Assembly (NCBI GenBank): GCA_963783575.1
Contig: CAWAOD010000016.1
Span: forward strand, 96,001-160,000
Direction: 5' to 3'
Length of the DNA: 64,000 nt
Origin: an uncultured Spirochaetota bacterium
Lineage (GTDB): Bacteria; Spirochaetota; Brevinematia; Brevinematales; JAOACQ01
Position 1 is the first letter of the stretch. Every line of letters starts with the position of its first letter. Below, one piece after another: positions 1 to 10,757 of the stretch. The notes beneath the pieces were generated by a model. The model searched no databases and was not told where the DNA came from. It saw only the letters and a program-made list of their open reading frames with translations. The position numbers were made by a program, and so were the translations under genes.

Positions 1-16
1 ATATCAGGGAGAAAAA

Positions 17-844
17 ATGGATGAGAAATCTTTACTAATCCAGGCAAAAGATTATATAGAAGCAAGAATAATACATATTAAAAAGAAATATGAAATGATA
101 TATTCAGCTACTAAAGACTATAAAAAGAAAGAAGCTTTTGTTAAAACAATATCAGATATGGATAAGGATTTAAAAAAACTTGCATCAAGCAATTTTTTAG
201 AATCCGATTTAAAAAAATATGATATTACCGAACAGGATTTAAATGATTATATATATAATGTTCAGAAACCGAGAGCCGATGAATACAAGATTTTAAGAAA
301 TATTAACATTGAAAAATTAAATAAATTTTCCATTAATATAGAAATTAATTCGATATGGTCCTACTTGAATTATTTTGGGAAAGAATATCTGGGATTATTG
401 AGTGAACAGAATCTGAAGCTTGATTACGGCCATTCTTTTCAGAGGGACTCTTTTTTTACAATGTATAATCAGACAATACGGGCTCTTGACGATTACGGAA
501 AGATTCTGGAAGAAATAGATACCGCGGGCATTAATAGCTATAAACAGTATAAGGAAAGTCTTTTAAAAGCCCAGAGTAAAGAATATAGGGATATAGTTCT
601 TAGAACCGGCCGTTTTCTTTATTCATTGAAAACTTTCATCACCGAAATAAACGGAACCGGGGGCGATGGAAACAGCAATTTGCTTGAGCCTTCCAAAGTT
701 GTTGAAATTAAAGGGGAGAACTCCAGTATTAACGGCTTGACGGCTAAAGGCGCCCTTGCCGATCTTGATATGTTTTTAAACGAGTTTATTGATTTTTTAA
801 AAATCCCCGATTTAAAAAAAATATCTGAAGAAGATAAATCTTAA
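17..844 (+). CDS. hypothetical protein (helical, cytoplasmic)
   Basis: 275-aa ORF with GGGAG RBS upstream; no recognisable motif. Confidence 0.8.
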   Translation: MDEKSLLIQAKDYIEARIIHIKKKYEMIYSATKDYKKKEAFVKTISDMDKDLKKLASSNFLESDLKKYDITEQDLNDYIYNVQKPRADEYKILRNINIEKLNKFSINIEINSIWSYLNYFGKEYLGLLSEQNLKLDYGHSFQRDSFFTMYNQTIRALDDYGKILEEIDTAGINSYKQYKESLLKAQSKEYRDIVLRTGRFLYSLKTFITEINGTGGDGNSNLLEPSKVVEIKGENSSINGLTAKGALADLDMFLNEFIDFLKIPDLKKISEEDKS

Positions 845-850
845 AAAAGA

Positions 851-882
851 TTTATCATAACGATAATTTATCGTAACGATAA
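851..882. promoter_or_regulatory. two tandem 16-bp near-palindromic boxes, TTTATC(A/G)TAACGATAA; possible operator
   Basis: Direct repeat at 851-866 and 867-882, each a near-perfect inverted repeat, just upstream of the bactofilin RBS. Confidence 0.45.
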
Positions 883-902
883 AAAATCATAAGGAGAAAA
901 AA

Positions 903-1283
903 GTGGCGCTGAAAACTGAAGTGACAAACAGCTTTATAGGTGAAAAATCCTTCTTTGAAGGTAAATTTCTGATAAACGGAACAATCCAGATAAATGGAAA
1001 ATTCGAAGGAAATATATTAAAAGTTGATCAGATATTTGTCGGCGCTTCCGGCAGAATAAAAGCAAATCTGGAAGCCTCATCAATAGTTATAGAGGGTGTT
1101 GTAATAGGAAATATTAAAGCAACAACGCGTGTTATGCTTCTTCCTACAGCAAGAGTTCTGGGCGATTTGAAAACACCTGAATTAATCATCCAGAATGGGG
1201 TAATCTTAGAAGGAAGATGCCTTATAAGCAACAACCTTAATGCGCCCGCCAAAGATGAAATTTTAAAGCTCTATAATGTCTAA
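903..1283 (+). CDS. bactofilin (polymer-forming cytoskeletal protein)
   Basis: GTG start after AAGGAG; beta-helix repeats (INGTIQINGKFEGNI, IEGVVIGNI, ARVLGDLKTPELIIQNGVILEG). Confidence 0.9.
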   Translation: MALKTEVTNSFIGEKSFFEGKFLINGTIQINGKFEGNILKVDQIFVGASGRIKANLEASSIVIEGVVIGNIKATTRVMLLPTARVLGDLKTPELIIQNGVILEGRCLISNNLNAPAKDEILKLYNV

Positions 1284-2217
1284 AAAAATCGCTTTGACAT
1301 TAGGGAATCCGAATGGAATCGGACCTGAAATCTGTTTTAAAGCCTTAAAAAAATTCCCGGGAAAAATTCTTAGAAATATTTTAATTATCGGTAATGAAAC
1401 GGTATTTTCATATTATAGCCGGGAATTTGATGATTATCGCTTAAACCGAATCCTGATAAATGATAAAATTTCCGCGAGTTTTAATGTTAATCCCGGTGAA
1501 AAATCTTTGGAGTCGGGATTACTATCGTATTTGTATTTAAAGAAAGCCGTGGAACTTGCAAAAGAAGGAAAAGTTAGCGCGATTGTAACCGCTCCCATTT
1601 CAAAAGAACTGATTGTTAATTCAGGTATTAAAGATTTTATAGATCATACTACTTATCTTGCCGGACAATTCAATGTTAAAGATTATAATATGATGTTCCA
1701 CTCGGATGATTTGAAAGTTGTACTGACAACGATCCATATCCCGATTTCCGAAGTCAGCCGGAGTATTACAAGAGATAAGGTTGATTCAACGATAAATAAT
1801 TCAGTTCTTTATTGCCGCAGTTTTAAAAAGAGATCATTCAGGATAGCCGTTTGCGGTTTAAATCCGCATGCCGGTGAAAATGGAATTATTGGAACCGAAG
1901 AAATTCAAATTATCAAACCGGTTGTAGAAGAATATAAAAAGAATGGAATTGATATTGAAGGCCCGCTTCCCGCGGACTCCGTGTTTTATAAAGCTTATTC
2001 CGGATATTATGACCTTGTGGTAGCGATGTATCATGACCAGGCATTGGCACCCTTCAAACTGCTTCATTTTATGGATGGCGTAAATATGACACTCGGCCTT
2101 CCGGTTATAAGGACATCTCCAGATCATGGTACAGCTTTTGATATAGCCGGTAAAGACATTGCGGACGGGACAAGTATGTTTAAAGCCCTAGAACTTGCTG
2201 TTCATATGATGAAATAA
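1276..2217 (+). CDS. pdxA: 4-hydroxythreonine-4-phosphate dehydrogenase
   Basis: GNPNGIGPE, VTAPISK, GLNPHAGE, MYHDQ, RTSPDHGTAFDIAG motifs. Confidence 0.95.
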   Translation: MSKKIALTLGNPNGIGPEICFKALKKFPGKILRNILIIGNETVFSYYSREFDDYRLNRILINDKISASFNVNPGEKSLESGLLSYLYLKKAVELAKEGKVSAIVTAPISKELIVNSGIKDFIDHTTYLAGQFNVKDYNMMFHSDDLKVVLTTIHIPISEVSRSITRDKVDSTINNSVLYCRSFKKRSFRIAVCGLNPHAGENGIIGTEEIQIIKPVVEEYKKNGIDIEGPLPADSVFYKAYSGYYDLVVAMYHDQALAPFKLLHFMDGVNMTLGLPVIRTSPDHGTAFDIAGKDIADGTSMFKALELAVHMMK

Positions 2218-2237
2218 CCATTTTTTAATATTAGATT

Positions 2238-3290
2238 TTATTCAATTATACGGATGCCGTCCTTGCCGCATGTTACATAAAGATAACCGGTAATTTTAGA
2301 ATATAAAATCTTATATGCCATCGATCTGTCATTGAATTGTTTTTCCAGTATAAAATTCCCCTGTGCCGGGTGTTTGATTTTTAAAACTCCGTTTATCCCA
2401 TCGGCTATGTATATATCGTTTCCAACAGGCAAGACTTCATTTGCATCTCCGGGAGTATCATAATTCTCTATGAGAACAGGTTTTTCCGGTTTTTCAAGTT
2501 TATAAAACAATATACCGTTCATTTTATCGGCAACAATCAGAGTCTTGTTTTTAATTGCCATACTATTTATATAGCTGATAGAGGTTTTCATCTGTGACAA
2601 TATTTTTTCCCCTGATAAATCAATAATAAACATTCCGTTATCTTTTGCCGCAAGATAGCCATATTGTTGATAAATTAATAAATTAACCGAAGTATTTGTT
2701 TTTATTGAAATGGATTTCCCAAGTGTAATCATAAAACTGTTCCAGTCGATCGTATAACCCTGGCAGCCCTTCGTTTGATCGGCGGTGTATATGTTAACGC
2801 CGGCATCGTTATTGATATCATAGCCTTCCGGGTATGATGCAAAAGCATAACCGCTTATATCATTGCTGATTAAAATATTTGTCAGATAAATATTCGTCGG
2901 ATCGGTTACATCCAGGATTAAAAGGCCTCCTTTACCGATAAAGCTTCCCAGAACGGCGACGGCGTATTTATTTGAAGAAACCGATTTCACAATTAAGTCC
3001 TGAAAGGGATAATTGGTAGAAAAACTTCCGATCAAATTTAAATTTGTAGGATCAAATATCATCAGGCCATCAAATCCGGCTGCCGCGTAAAGATAATTTG
3101 AATCAAGGTACAGGGACTTTATTACCTCGCCGTTCGTGCCTGTCCATTCCGAGATCAGCGTAAACGATGAAGGCGCCGTGGGCTGGTTTGAGGAATCAAA
3201 ATTATTCCTGTTCGGTATAAAAATGATTAAAAGTAATACTGCACCGACAATTAAAAGTATTGTAAATACAATGATCAGAATTTTTTTCAT
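2238..3290 (-). CDS. membrane-anchored LVIVD-type beta-propeller repeat protein
   Basis: N-terminal TM helix; repeats such as YAAAGFDGLMIFD, IYIADGINGVLKI, YDTPGDA. Confidence 0.8.
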   Translation of the reverse strand: MKKILIIVFTILLIVGAVLLLIIFIPNRNNFDSSNQPTAPSSFTLISEWTGTNGEVIKSLYLDSNYLYAAAGFDGLMIFDPTNLNLIGSFSTNYPFQDLIVKSVSSNKYAVAVLGSFIGKGGLLILDVTDPTNIYLTNILISNDISGYAFASYPEGYDINNDAGVNIYTADQTKGCQGYTIDWNSFMITLGKSISIKTNTSVNLLIYQQYGYLAAKDNGMFIIDLSGEKILSQMKTSISYINSMAIKNKTLIVADKMNGILFYKLEKPEKPVLIENYDTPGDANEVLPVGNDIYIADGINGVLKIKHPAQGNFILEKQFNDRSMAYKILYSKITGYLYVTCGKDGIRIIE

Positions 3291-3357
3291 AAAACCTCAT
3301 CCGGAAATTTAATTAGAAATTTTTAGGATATTAATATTTTTTATTTAACATTTATTG

Positions 3358-4431
3358 TTAATTGGTTTCCATCAGAATTCTTATACCGCTTTTTCCGCAA
3401 GCCGCATATAGATATCCTGTCGAGGAAGAATAATAAAGCTTATAATATACAGCCCCATCCTGATAAACCCTGTCCAGGGAAAATGTTGAAGGCGGAGTCC
3501 AGCTGACTTTTAATATACCGTACGACCCGTCCGCGATGTAAATATCGTTGCCGTTCATAACCACGTCATAAGCTTCTCCCGGTGTGCTGTAGTTTGCCTT
3601 CAGTTTCGGGTAAGATGCCACATCATAAATAAGGATACCGTTCAGGCTGTCTACGGCTGCGAGGTTATTTCCGCTGACCGATAGTGCCTGGATTGATGAA
3701 ATAGGATAATTGTTTATCTGAAATATCGTAGAACCTGTTGTGATATTAACGACAAATATACCGGCGGTTTTTGCCGCAAGAAAAACTTCTGAATTGTCGC
3801 TGCTTAAGGCAATATCAACCGCTGGGTGTGTACTTATCATTGCCGTGCCGAGCGCTGTTGCGGCTGTTGTAAAATTAACATTGTAATCCTGGAAACCTTT
3901 ATTGTCATCTGCAGTATAAACATTATAAACCGGCGCTCCGGCTGATCCGATAAAATCCAGGATTGCATTACAGCTTAAATTAGGATTGATAAGAGCATTC
4001 GTCACTATTATGTTTGTTGGGTCATTAACATTCAGGACAATGATTCCACTGTTCTGGTTATATACCCCCAGAGCCGCAAAAGCGTATTTTTTAGAATTAA
4101 TGGTATTAACCACAACATCATTCACAGGATAATAATTTGTTTGGAATTTTCCTGCTTTAACCGGTCCGGGATTGGTTAGAATGAAAAGACCGTCATATTT
4201 TGCCACGGCATAAATAGTATCATCGGCGTCCACATATACAGAATCAATGAATTCCTGGTTCGGGCCTGACCAGCTTCCTATTAATGTGAAAACAGGCTGG
4301 ACAAAAACACTGGTACTGGAACTGCTGTTAGTCGAAGACGATGGCTGTCCCGGACTGCATGAATTGACGCAGATAAGCTCGAATACGATCATTAAAACTG
4401 AGATTAAACCGAATAAAATTATTTTTTTCAT
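3358..4431 (-). CDS. LVIVD-type beta-propeller repeat protein, probable lipoprotein; paralog of 2238-3290
   Basis: Signal peptide with Cys, Ser-rich linker, same repeats (YSTPGEAYDV, IYIADGSYGILKV, CGKSGIRI). Confidence 0.8.
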   Translation of the reverse strand: MKKIILFGLISVLMIVFELICVNSCSPGQPSSSTNSSSSTSVFVQPVFTLIGSWSGPNQEFIDSVYVDADDTIYAVAKYDGLFILTNPGPVKAGKFQTNYYPVNDVVVNTINSKKYAFAALGVYNQNSGIIVLNVNDPTNIIVTNALINPNLSCNAILDFIGSAGAPVYNVYTADDNKGFQDYNVNFTTAATALGTAMISTHPAVDIALSSDNSEVFLAAKTAGIFVVNITTGSTIFQINNYPISSIQALSVSGNNLAAVDSLNGILIYDVASYPKLKANYSTPGEAYDVVMNGNDIYIADGSYGILKVSWTPPSTFSLDRVYQDGAVYYKLYYSSSTGYLYAACGKSGIRILMETN

Positions 4432-4703
4432 TACTTCTTTCCTCCGCGATACCGGATTATAAATTCTCGGAATTATAAATTCAAAGGATTATAATATAAA
4501 TTTACAGGTCAATAAAATCAAATTAAAGTTCCGGATCAATTATTTATTTTCGAAAAAATTTGCTTTAAAGTGAAATACTTCAAAAAATTGCTTGATTATT
4601 TTTTTTGATCTGTTATAATTAGGCAGTCTGAATTTTATTATTGTAAATAAATTAGAAAGTACTCTTGCTTAAATATTTAAAAATAAAAGCAGTGAGGATG
4701 GAA

Positions 4704-5075
4704 ATGATAAAAATTTTGGCTGTTGACGATCACGAGGAAATACTGCAGATCGTTAAGAGTATATTAACAAAGAGCGGATATATGGTTGAAACGGTTTCGG
4801 ATGCGGCGCTGGTTATGAATAAAGTCAGGGAATTCAAACCCGATCTAGTTTTTATGGATATTATGATGCCCAAGATCACCGGATTTGAATTATGCAAAAT
4901 TATTAAGGCCGACAAGGGACTTAAGCATACTAAAGTAATTTTCTTAACCGCCAAAAATATGGATTTTGCAAGGGAAAAGGCCGGAGATGCAGGTGGAGAT
5001 GGGTTTATATCCAAGCCGTTCTCTCCTAAAGAGCTTCTGGAATACGTAAATAATATATTCAGTCAAAATAAATGA
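4704..5075 (+). CDS. single-domain response regulator (CheY-like receiver)
   Basis: KILAVDD, DLVFMDIMMP, FLTA, KPFS; start moved to the ATG after GAGGA. Confidence 0.92.
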   Translation: MIKILAVDDHEEILQIVKSILTKSGYMVETVSDAALVMNKVREFKPDLVFMDIMMPKITGFELCKIIKADKGLKHTKVIFLTAKNMDFAREKAGDAGGDGFISKPFSPKELLEYVNNIFSQNK

Positions 5076-5239
5076 AAAATTTGCGCTTTTTCAAAAAAAA
5101 CAATTACCTAAACTGAGCGATTCTTATTAAGGATTAGCTTCAATTCAGTATCTTTACAATTCAGTTGTTCTATTTTATAATTTTACAGTTAAATTCAGGT
5201 TGGTCGGTTTTTCATATTGATTTAAATGAGGTAAATTTG

Positions 5240-6091
5240 ATGATAAGATCTTTTATAGTTTTTTTTATGTTAACATTATTAATGTCATGCGGAAATTATA
5301 TGAAAGATTATTATCCGAAATACCATATAACCGCTTTTTACTCCGAGGCCGCCGGTTCTTCCTCCGGCGTGTCATCATACCTTAATTGGGGCGACAAGCT
5401 TACCTATATGAATCAGTCGACAACAAACAAAAATAAAGCCGGCCAAAGAATCATATATTTAAAAGTAAAAAACAATATAGATAATTCCTTAGGGTATGTG
5501 GACCAGGATAGTGTTATTAAAAATCCTATTTCAAAAGGTGTTATCCTTGGATCAACAATTGCTTATGAAACTCCGACAATCCTGTCCAGAAATAAACAAA
5601 GTGTCGATCCGCCGGTTCTGGCTTATATTATAGAAATAAAAGACAAGGAATGGGCAAAAATTGAGCCTTACAATGCCCCTTTGTCTTACAGTTTGACAGA
5701 TACGCCGGGAACCGTTCCCTCACAGGTCTTTTATCCCTGGATCTATCTTAAAGAAATTTCGACGAATGAAGATAATGTTAACTTTACAATAGCCCTGCAG
5801 TTTGCAATAAAAAAATATAATGATGCGAAACAAATTTATATTTCAAAACCTGATGACAAAAAGCTTATGATTTTTCAGTCTTCAGTCAAACCTGACAGGG
5901 AAAATATTCTTAATATTATGAAAAATGTTCCGCTTTTATCTGTATCTAATCTATCTCCGTCTCTCTCGAATTTAGTCCAGTTGTTTTTAAGCGTTTCGGA
6001 CCTTGGTGATAAATCGAATTCAGCGGAACCTGCTAATGAACAAAATTCTATAAATCAAAATGCCACGAATACCAATGTGGAACAATTATAA
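5240..6091 (+). CDS. putative lipoprotein, possibly with SH3-like domains
   Basis: GAGG RBS, signal peptide ending LLMSC; function not recognised. Confidence 0.65.
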   Translation: MIRSFIVFFMLTLLMSCGNYMKDYYPKYHITAFYSEAAGSSSGVSSYLNWGDKLTYMNQSTTNKNKAGQRIIYLKVKNNIDNSLGYVDQDSVIKNPISKGVILGSTIAYETPTILSRNKQSVDPPVLAYIIEIKDKEWAKIEPYNAPLSYSLTDTPGTVPSQVFYPWIYLKEISTNEDNVNFTIALQFAIKKYNDAKQIYISKPDDKKLMIFQSSVKPDRENILNIMKNVPLLSVSNLSPSLSNLVQLFLSVSDLGDKSNSAEPANEQNSINQNATNTNVEQL

Positions 6092-6102
6092 AGGAGAGTA
6101 GT

Positions 6103-6555
6103 ATGAAAATAGCCGTCGCATCCGATCATGCGGCATTTGCTTTAAAAGAGGGTGTAAAAAAATATCTCTTGAAAAAAGGGTTGGAAATAATAGATTTTGG
6201 TACTAATTCAGAAGATTGCATGGATTATCCCGATACTGTAAAATTGGCCGCAAGAGCAGTGGCAAAAGGGGAATGCAAATATGGGGTTGTTCTTTGCGGG
6301 GCAGGTGTCGGAGCTTCTATTGTGGCGAATAAGATTCGCGGAATTCGTGCCGCTTTATGTATGGATGAATATACTGCCGAGTATGCACGAAAACATAACG
6401 ATGCAAATATAATGGTTCTGGCGGGCAGGAGAAGATCTTTGCAGGAAGTTTCCAAATATATCGATATTTGGTTTTCAATGCCTTTCGAAGGCGGAAGGCA
6501 CAAGATAAGGATCGATAAGATCGCCGAGATTGAAAAAGAAGAAGGAATGAAATGA
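6103..6555 (+). CDS. rpiB: ribose-5-phosphate isomerase B
   Basis: ASDHAA, DYPD, CGAGVG, ANKIRGIRAA, HNDAN, FEGGRH. Confidence 0.95.
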   Translation: MKIAVASDHAAFALKEGVKKYLLKKGLEIIDFGTNSEDCMDYPDTVKLAARAVAKGECKYGVVLCGAGVGASIVANKIRGIRAALCMDEYTAEYARKHNDANIMVLAGRRRSLQEVSKYIDIWFSMPFEGGRHKIRIDKIAEIEKEEGMK

Positions 6556-7442
6556 TTGACGCAAGCACAAAGCTTTACTGTATTCTTGGAAATCCCGTTC
6601 GGCATTCATTTTCACCCTATATGCAGAACGCAGCTTTTTTAACATCAGGAATAAATGCGGTTTATACTGCTTTCGAAGTCAGCGATATTGAAGGTGCGGT
6701 AAAGGGAATAAAAGCTTTTGGAATTTGCGGGGCAAGCGTCACCATTCCGCATAAAATCTCTGTTATGGCTTTTCTTGATGATCTAACAGATATCGCAAGG
6801 CTGATCGGTTCGGTAAATACTATAATAAATAATGACGGCAGGCTGATAGGGACAAATACCGATTCTTATGGATTCTATAAGGCATTAAACGAAAAGACGG
6901 ATATAAATGGGAAAAAAATTGCTCTTTTCGGGGCAGGCGGCGCTGGAAAAGCAATCTGCGCCTCGTTATTTTATTATGGCAGCCCTGAAAAGGTTTATCT
7001 GCTTGATATTGATAAAGACCGGAGAGAGGGGCTTGAAAAGCATATTCTTACCGAATTTCCGAAAATAAATAAAATTGTTGAGAATAAAAATATCGAAGCT
7101 TTTGATCAGGAAAACTGGGATCAGATCAAAGACGGGATTGAGATTATCATACATGCTACTCCGATGGGAATGGAGCCGGATATTAACTCAAGCATATTGG
7201 AAGCCGGGCAGATACCTGAAAATATTACCGTTATGGATATTGTTTATAATCCTCACCGGACAATGCTGTTAAAATATGCTAAGGAGAGGAATTGCACAAT
7301 AGTTCATGGAATCGATATGCTGCTCTACCAGGGGATTCGCCAGTTTGAACTTTGGACAGGGCTTAAAGCCCCCGAAGATGCAATGAGGGACGCGCTGCTG
7401 AAATCGATCAATCTTTTCGCTTCCGCCCAGGGCGGCAAATAA
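6552..7442 (+). CDS. aroE: shikimate dehydrogenase
   Basis: GNPVRHSFSP, SVTIPHK, SVNT, NTD, GAGGA, DIVYNP, GIDMLLYQG. Confidence 0.93.
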   Translation: MIDASTKLYCILGNPVRHSFSPYMQNAAFLTSGINAVYTAFEVSDIEGAVKGIKAFGICGASVTIPHKISVMAFLDDLTDIARLIGSVNTIINNDGRLIGTNTDSYGFYKALNEKTDINGKKIALFGAGGAGKAICASLFYYGSPEKVYLLDIDKDRREGLEKHILTEFPKINKIVENKNIEAFDQENWDQIKDGIEIIIHATPMGMEPDINSSILEAGQIPENITVMDIVYNPHRTMLLKYAKERNCTIVHGIDMLLYQGIRQFELWTGLKAPEDAMRDALLKSINLFASAQGGK

Positions 7443-7468
7443 GACCATTTTTCAAAAGGAAATGTAAG

Positions 7469-8548
7469 ATGAAAATATTAAACATTATTATTTTATTGAA
7501 TTTATTATGCTTAATCCATCTGGTCTATTGTTCCGACAATGGCTCGCAAATTCCTTCATTATACGGTGTTTACAAGGATTATTTCCCTATTGGAACGGCG
7601 GTTGAACCCGGGCAGTTATTTGGAAGTGAAGGCGAAATTGTGGACAGCCATTTTTCCGGCATAACCCCTGAAAACGTTTTGAAGCCGGATCATGTGGAAC
7701 CGATGGAAGGGGTGTTTAATTTTGACGGCCCTGATGCTATTGTCAATTACGCTCAAAAACACAGTAAACTTGTAAGAGGACATGTCCTTGTATGGCATCA
7801 ACAGGAGCCTAAATGGTTTTTTATAGGAAGCGACGGAAAAAAGGCATCCAGGAACCTTTTATTGAAAAGAATGGAAACATATATTAAAACCGTGGTCGGG
7901 CGGTATAAGGGAAAAATATATGCCTGGGATGCCGTTAATGAGGCTATCGATTCTAAAGAATCGGACGGTTATAGAAGATCGGATTGGTTTTATATAATCG
8001 GAGAGGATTATATTGAAAAAGCCTTCCGGTTTGCGCATGAAGCCGACCCGAATGCGAAACTGTTCTATAATGATTACGATACGACCGAAGGTGACAAAGA
8101 GTATCAGATTTATTCTATGTTAAAAAATTTACTGGATGATGGTGTGCCTGTTAATGGAATCGGGATGCAGTTTCACATAAATCTGGATAAGCCGGCCTTA
8201 AGCGAAATTGAGGATTCGATAAAATTATTCCGCAAACTGGGGCTTGAAATCCACATCACGGAAATGGATATGAGCCTGAATCCTTCCGGGGCTTTAACAA
8301 CAGTATCGGAAAACCAGCTTATACGCCAGGCGAAAAGATACCATGACGTCATGGAAATATTTAAAGCAAATAAGGATATCATTAGAAATGTCACATTCTG
8401 GGGTTTTAATGACTGGCATACCTGGCTCTTCAATTTTCCGATGAATAGATCGGAATGGCCGCTCTTATTTGATAAAGATCTAAAGCCAAAATATTCATAT
8501 TGGGCGCTTGTCGATCCTTCAAAAATCCCGCAGGAAAGCACAAACTAA
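7469..8548 (+). CDS. endo-1,4-beta-xylanase, GH10, exported
   Basis: TPENVLK, RGHVLVWH, WDAVNE, LFYNDY, IHITEMD motifs; signal peptide. Confidence 0.93.
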   Translation: MKILNIIILLNLLCLIHLVYCSDNGSQIPSLYGVYKDYFPIGTAVEPGQLFGSEGEIVDSHFSGITPENVLKPDHVEPMEGVFNFDGPDAIVNYAQKHSKLVRGHVLVWHQQEPKWFFIGSDGKKASRNLLLKRMETYIKTVVGRYKGKIYAWDAVNEAIDSKESDGYRRSDWFYIIGEDYIEKAFRFAHEADPNAKLFYNDYDTTEGDKEYQIYSMLKNLLDDGVPVNGIGMQFHINLDKPALSEIEDSIKLFRKLGLEIHITEMDMSLNPSGALTTVSENQLIRQAKRYHDVMEIFKANKDIIRNVTFWGFNDWHTWLFNFPMNRSEWPLLFDKDLKPKYSYWALVDPSKIPQESTN

Positions 8549-8629
8549 AAAATTGCTAAACATAGAATAGAAAAGCAATTCAAAGGAAATTTGGGTTATC
8601 TTTTTACGGAAATTTTATTGAGGAAAACT

Positions 8630-10753
8630 ATGGAAAAAATGATCTATAAGGATCCGGAGCAGAATCTGGAAAAAAGGATTGAAGACCTTATCGGTAGGCT
8701 TACTCTTGATGAAAAAGCCTCACAGCTTATTTTCAATTCGCCGGGTATCCCGCGGCTGGGCATACCGGCTTACAACTGGTGGAGCGAATGCCTGCACGGT
8801 GTTGGCAGAAACGGGAAAGCTACGGTTTTCCCACAGGCGATCGGTCTTGCGGCTGCCTTCGACGCCAATTTGATAGAAAATATTGCCGATACGATAGGAA
8901 CAGAGGCAAGGGCGAAATATAATACGGCTTTAAAAAAGGGTTATACCGATATTTACCAGGGATTGACATTCTGGTCGCCGAATATTAATATATTCCGGGA
9001 TCCGCGTTGGGGAAGAGGGCAGGAAACATACGGAGAAGACCCTTTCCTGACGGCCGAATTGGGGAAAGCATTTGTAAGAGGACTACAGGGGAAAGACCCT
9101 AAATATATGAAAGCCGCCGCATGTGCAAAACACTATGCTGTCCACAGCGGGCCGGAAAAAGACCGGCATTCCTTTGATGTATCGGTAAGTCTTAAAGACC
9201 TCCGTGAAACCTATTTGCCGGCTTTTGAAGCTTTGGTCAGGGAGGGTGTCGAAGCAGTTATGGGGGCTTATAACCGGCTTTACGGAGAACCCTGCTGCGC
9301 CAGTAAGCTCCTGCTTGAGGATATCCTGAGGGGAGAATGGAAATTCAAAGGGCATGTGGTGTCGGACTGCGAAGCTATCGATGATTTTCATATGGCGCAT
9401 CATTATACAAAAGATATTTGCGAATCGGTTCAAGCTGCATTAAACAAGGGATGCGATCTGAATTGCGGAAGAACTTATTCACATATTCTGGAATGTTTTA
9501 GTAAGGGAATGATTGATGAGGAAACAATAAATCGATCTCTCAGGAGGCTTCTAAGGACAAGGTTCCTCCTTGGTATGTTTGATCCGCAAGAAAATGTGAT
9601 TTATTCAAAAATTACCGAAGAGGTTGTGGATAGTCCGGAACACCGTAAGCTGGCCCTTAAGGCTGCCGAAAAATCCATGGTTCTTTTGAAAAATAAAAAT
9701 AATATCCTGCCTATAAAACGTGAGAATTTGAAACTGTTTGTCACCGGTCCTAATGCCGCTGATGTTAATGCCCTTTTGGGAAGTTACAGCGGATTAAACG
9801 GCAGCCTGGTTACCGTTCTTGAGGGGATAATCAACCAGGGCGGCTCTTCATTGATTGTTGATTACCGCAAGGGTTGCCAGCATTACCATGAGAACCTGAG
9901 CAGCGAACAATTATTCATGTTTGATATAAAATCCTGCGACCTTGTAATTGTTGTTATGGGATTAACGCCGGAGATAGAAGGAGAAGAAGGCGACGCTATC
10001 CTATCGGATGCAAACGGGGACAGGAAAGATTTACTGCTTCCTGAAAGCCAGAGAAATTTCTTGAAGCTCATATCCACAACGGGAACACCGATTATCCTTG
10101 TACTTCTCGGCGGAAGCCCCATTGCACTTGGCGATACCGAAGAAATAGCCGACGCAATCCTATTTTCATGGTTTCCGGGAGAGGAAGGCGGTAACGCTTT
10201 AGGCCGGATATTATTCGGAGAGACCGTTCCGGCAGGGAGGCTTCCCATCACTTTTCCTAAATCGACGGAACAGCTCCCGCCTTTTGAAGATTATTCAATG
10301 ACCGGGCGGACATACCGGTATATGAAAACCGATCCTCTTTTTCCATTCGGATTCGGCCTGTCTTATACTACTTTTAAATATATCAGCATGACGCTTTCCG
10401 ATAATAATATACATCCGGGAGAAGATATAAACTGCAAAGTTATTGTCCGGAACACCGGGAAATATGACAGCGATGAGGTTATTCAAATTTACCTTGAAAA
10501 CACGGGAGCGCCGGAACCCAGACCTATTAATAGCCTTTGCGGTTTTAAGAGGGTATTTGTTCCTTCCGGACAGGAAAAAGAGGTCAGGTTTTTATTAAAA
10601 CAGGATTTATTTACTATAATCAATGATGAAGGCAAAAAAATTCCCTTCCCCGGTAAATACAGGATTACTGCAGGCGGATGTTCGCCGGGAAAAAGAGGAA
10701 TTGAACTTGGAGCGCCTTTACCTGTTTCCTGTGAATTAACCGTTGAAAAATAA
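8630..10753 (+). CDS. GH3 beta-xylosidase/beta-glucosidase
   Basis: WWSECLHG, WSPNINIFRDPRWGRGQETYGEDP, KHYA, VVSDC, PFGFGLSYT, C-terminal Fn3-like domain. Confidence 0.93.
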   Translation: MEKMIYKDPEQNLEKRIEDLIGRLTLDEKASQLIFNSPGIPRLGIPAYNWWSECLHGVGRNGKATVFPQAIGLAAAFDANLIENIADTIGTEARAKYNTALKKGYTDIYQGLTFWSPNINIFRDPRWGRGQETYGEDPFLTAELGKAFVRGLQGKDPKYMKAAACAKHYAVHSGPEKDRHSFDVSVSLKDLRETYLPAFEALVREGVEAVMGAYNRLYGEPCCASKLLLEDILRGEWKFKGHVVSDCEAIDDFHMAHHYTKDICESVQAALNKGCDLNCGRTYSHILECFSKGMIDEETINRSLRRLLRTRFLLGMFDPQENVIYSKITEEVVDSPEHRKLALKAAEKSMVLLKNKNNILPIKRENLKLFVTGPNAADVNALLGSYSGLNGSLVTVLEGIINQGGSSLIVDYRKGCQHYHENLSSEQLFMFDIKSCDLVIVVMGLTPEIEGEEGDAILSDANGDRKDLLLPESQRNFLKLISTTGTPIILVLLGGSPIALGDTEEIADAILFSWFPGEEGGNALGRILFGETVPAGRLPITFPKSTEQLPPFEDYSMTGRTYRYMKTDPLFPFGFGLSYTTFKYISMTLSDNNIHPGEDINCKVIVRNTGKYDSDEVIQIYLENTGAPEPRPINSLCGFKRVFVPSGQEKEVRFLLKQDLFTIINDEGKKIPFPGKYRITAGGCSPGKRGIELGAPLPVSCELTVEK

Positions 10754-10757
10754 TCAT

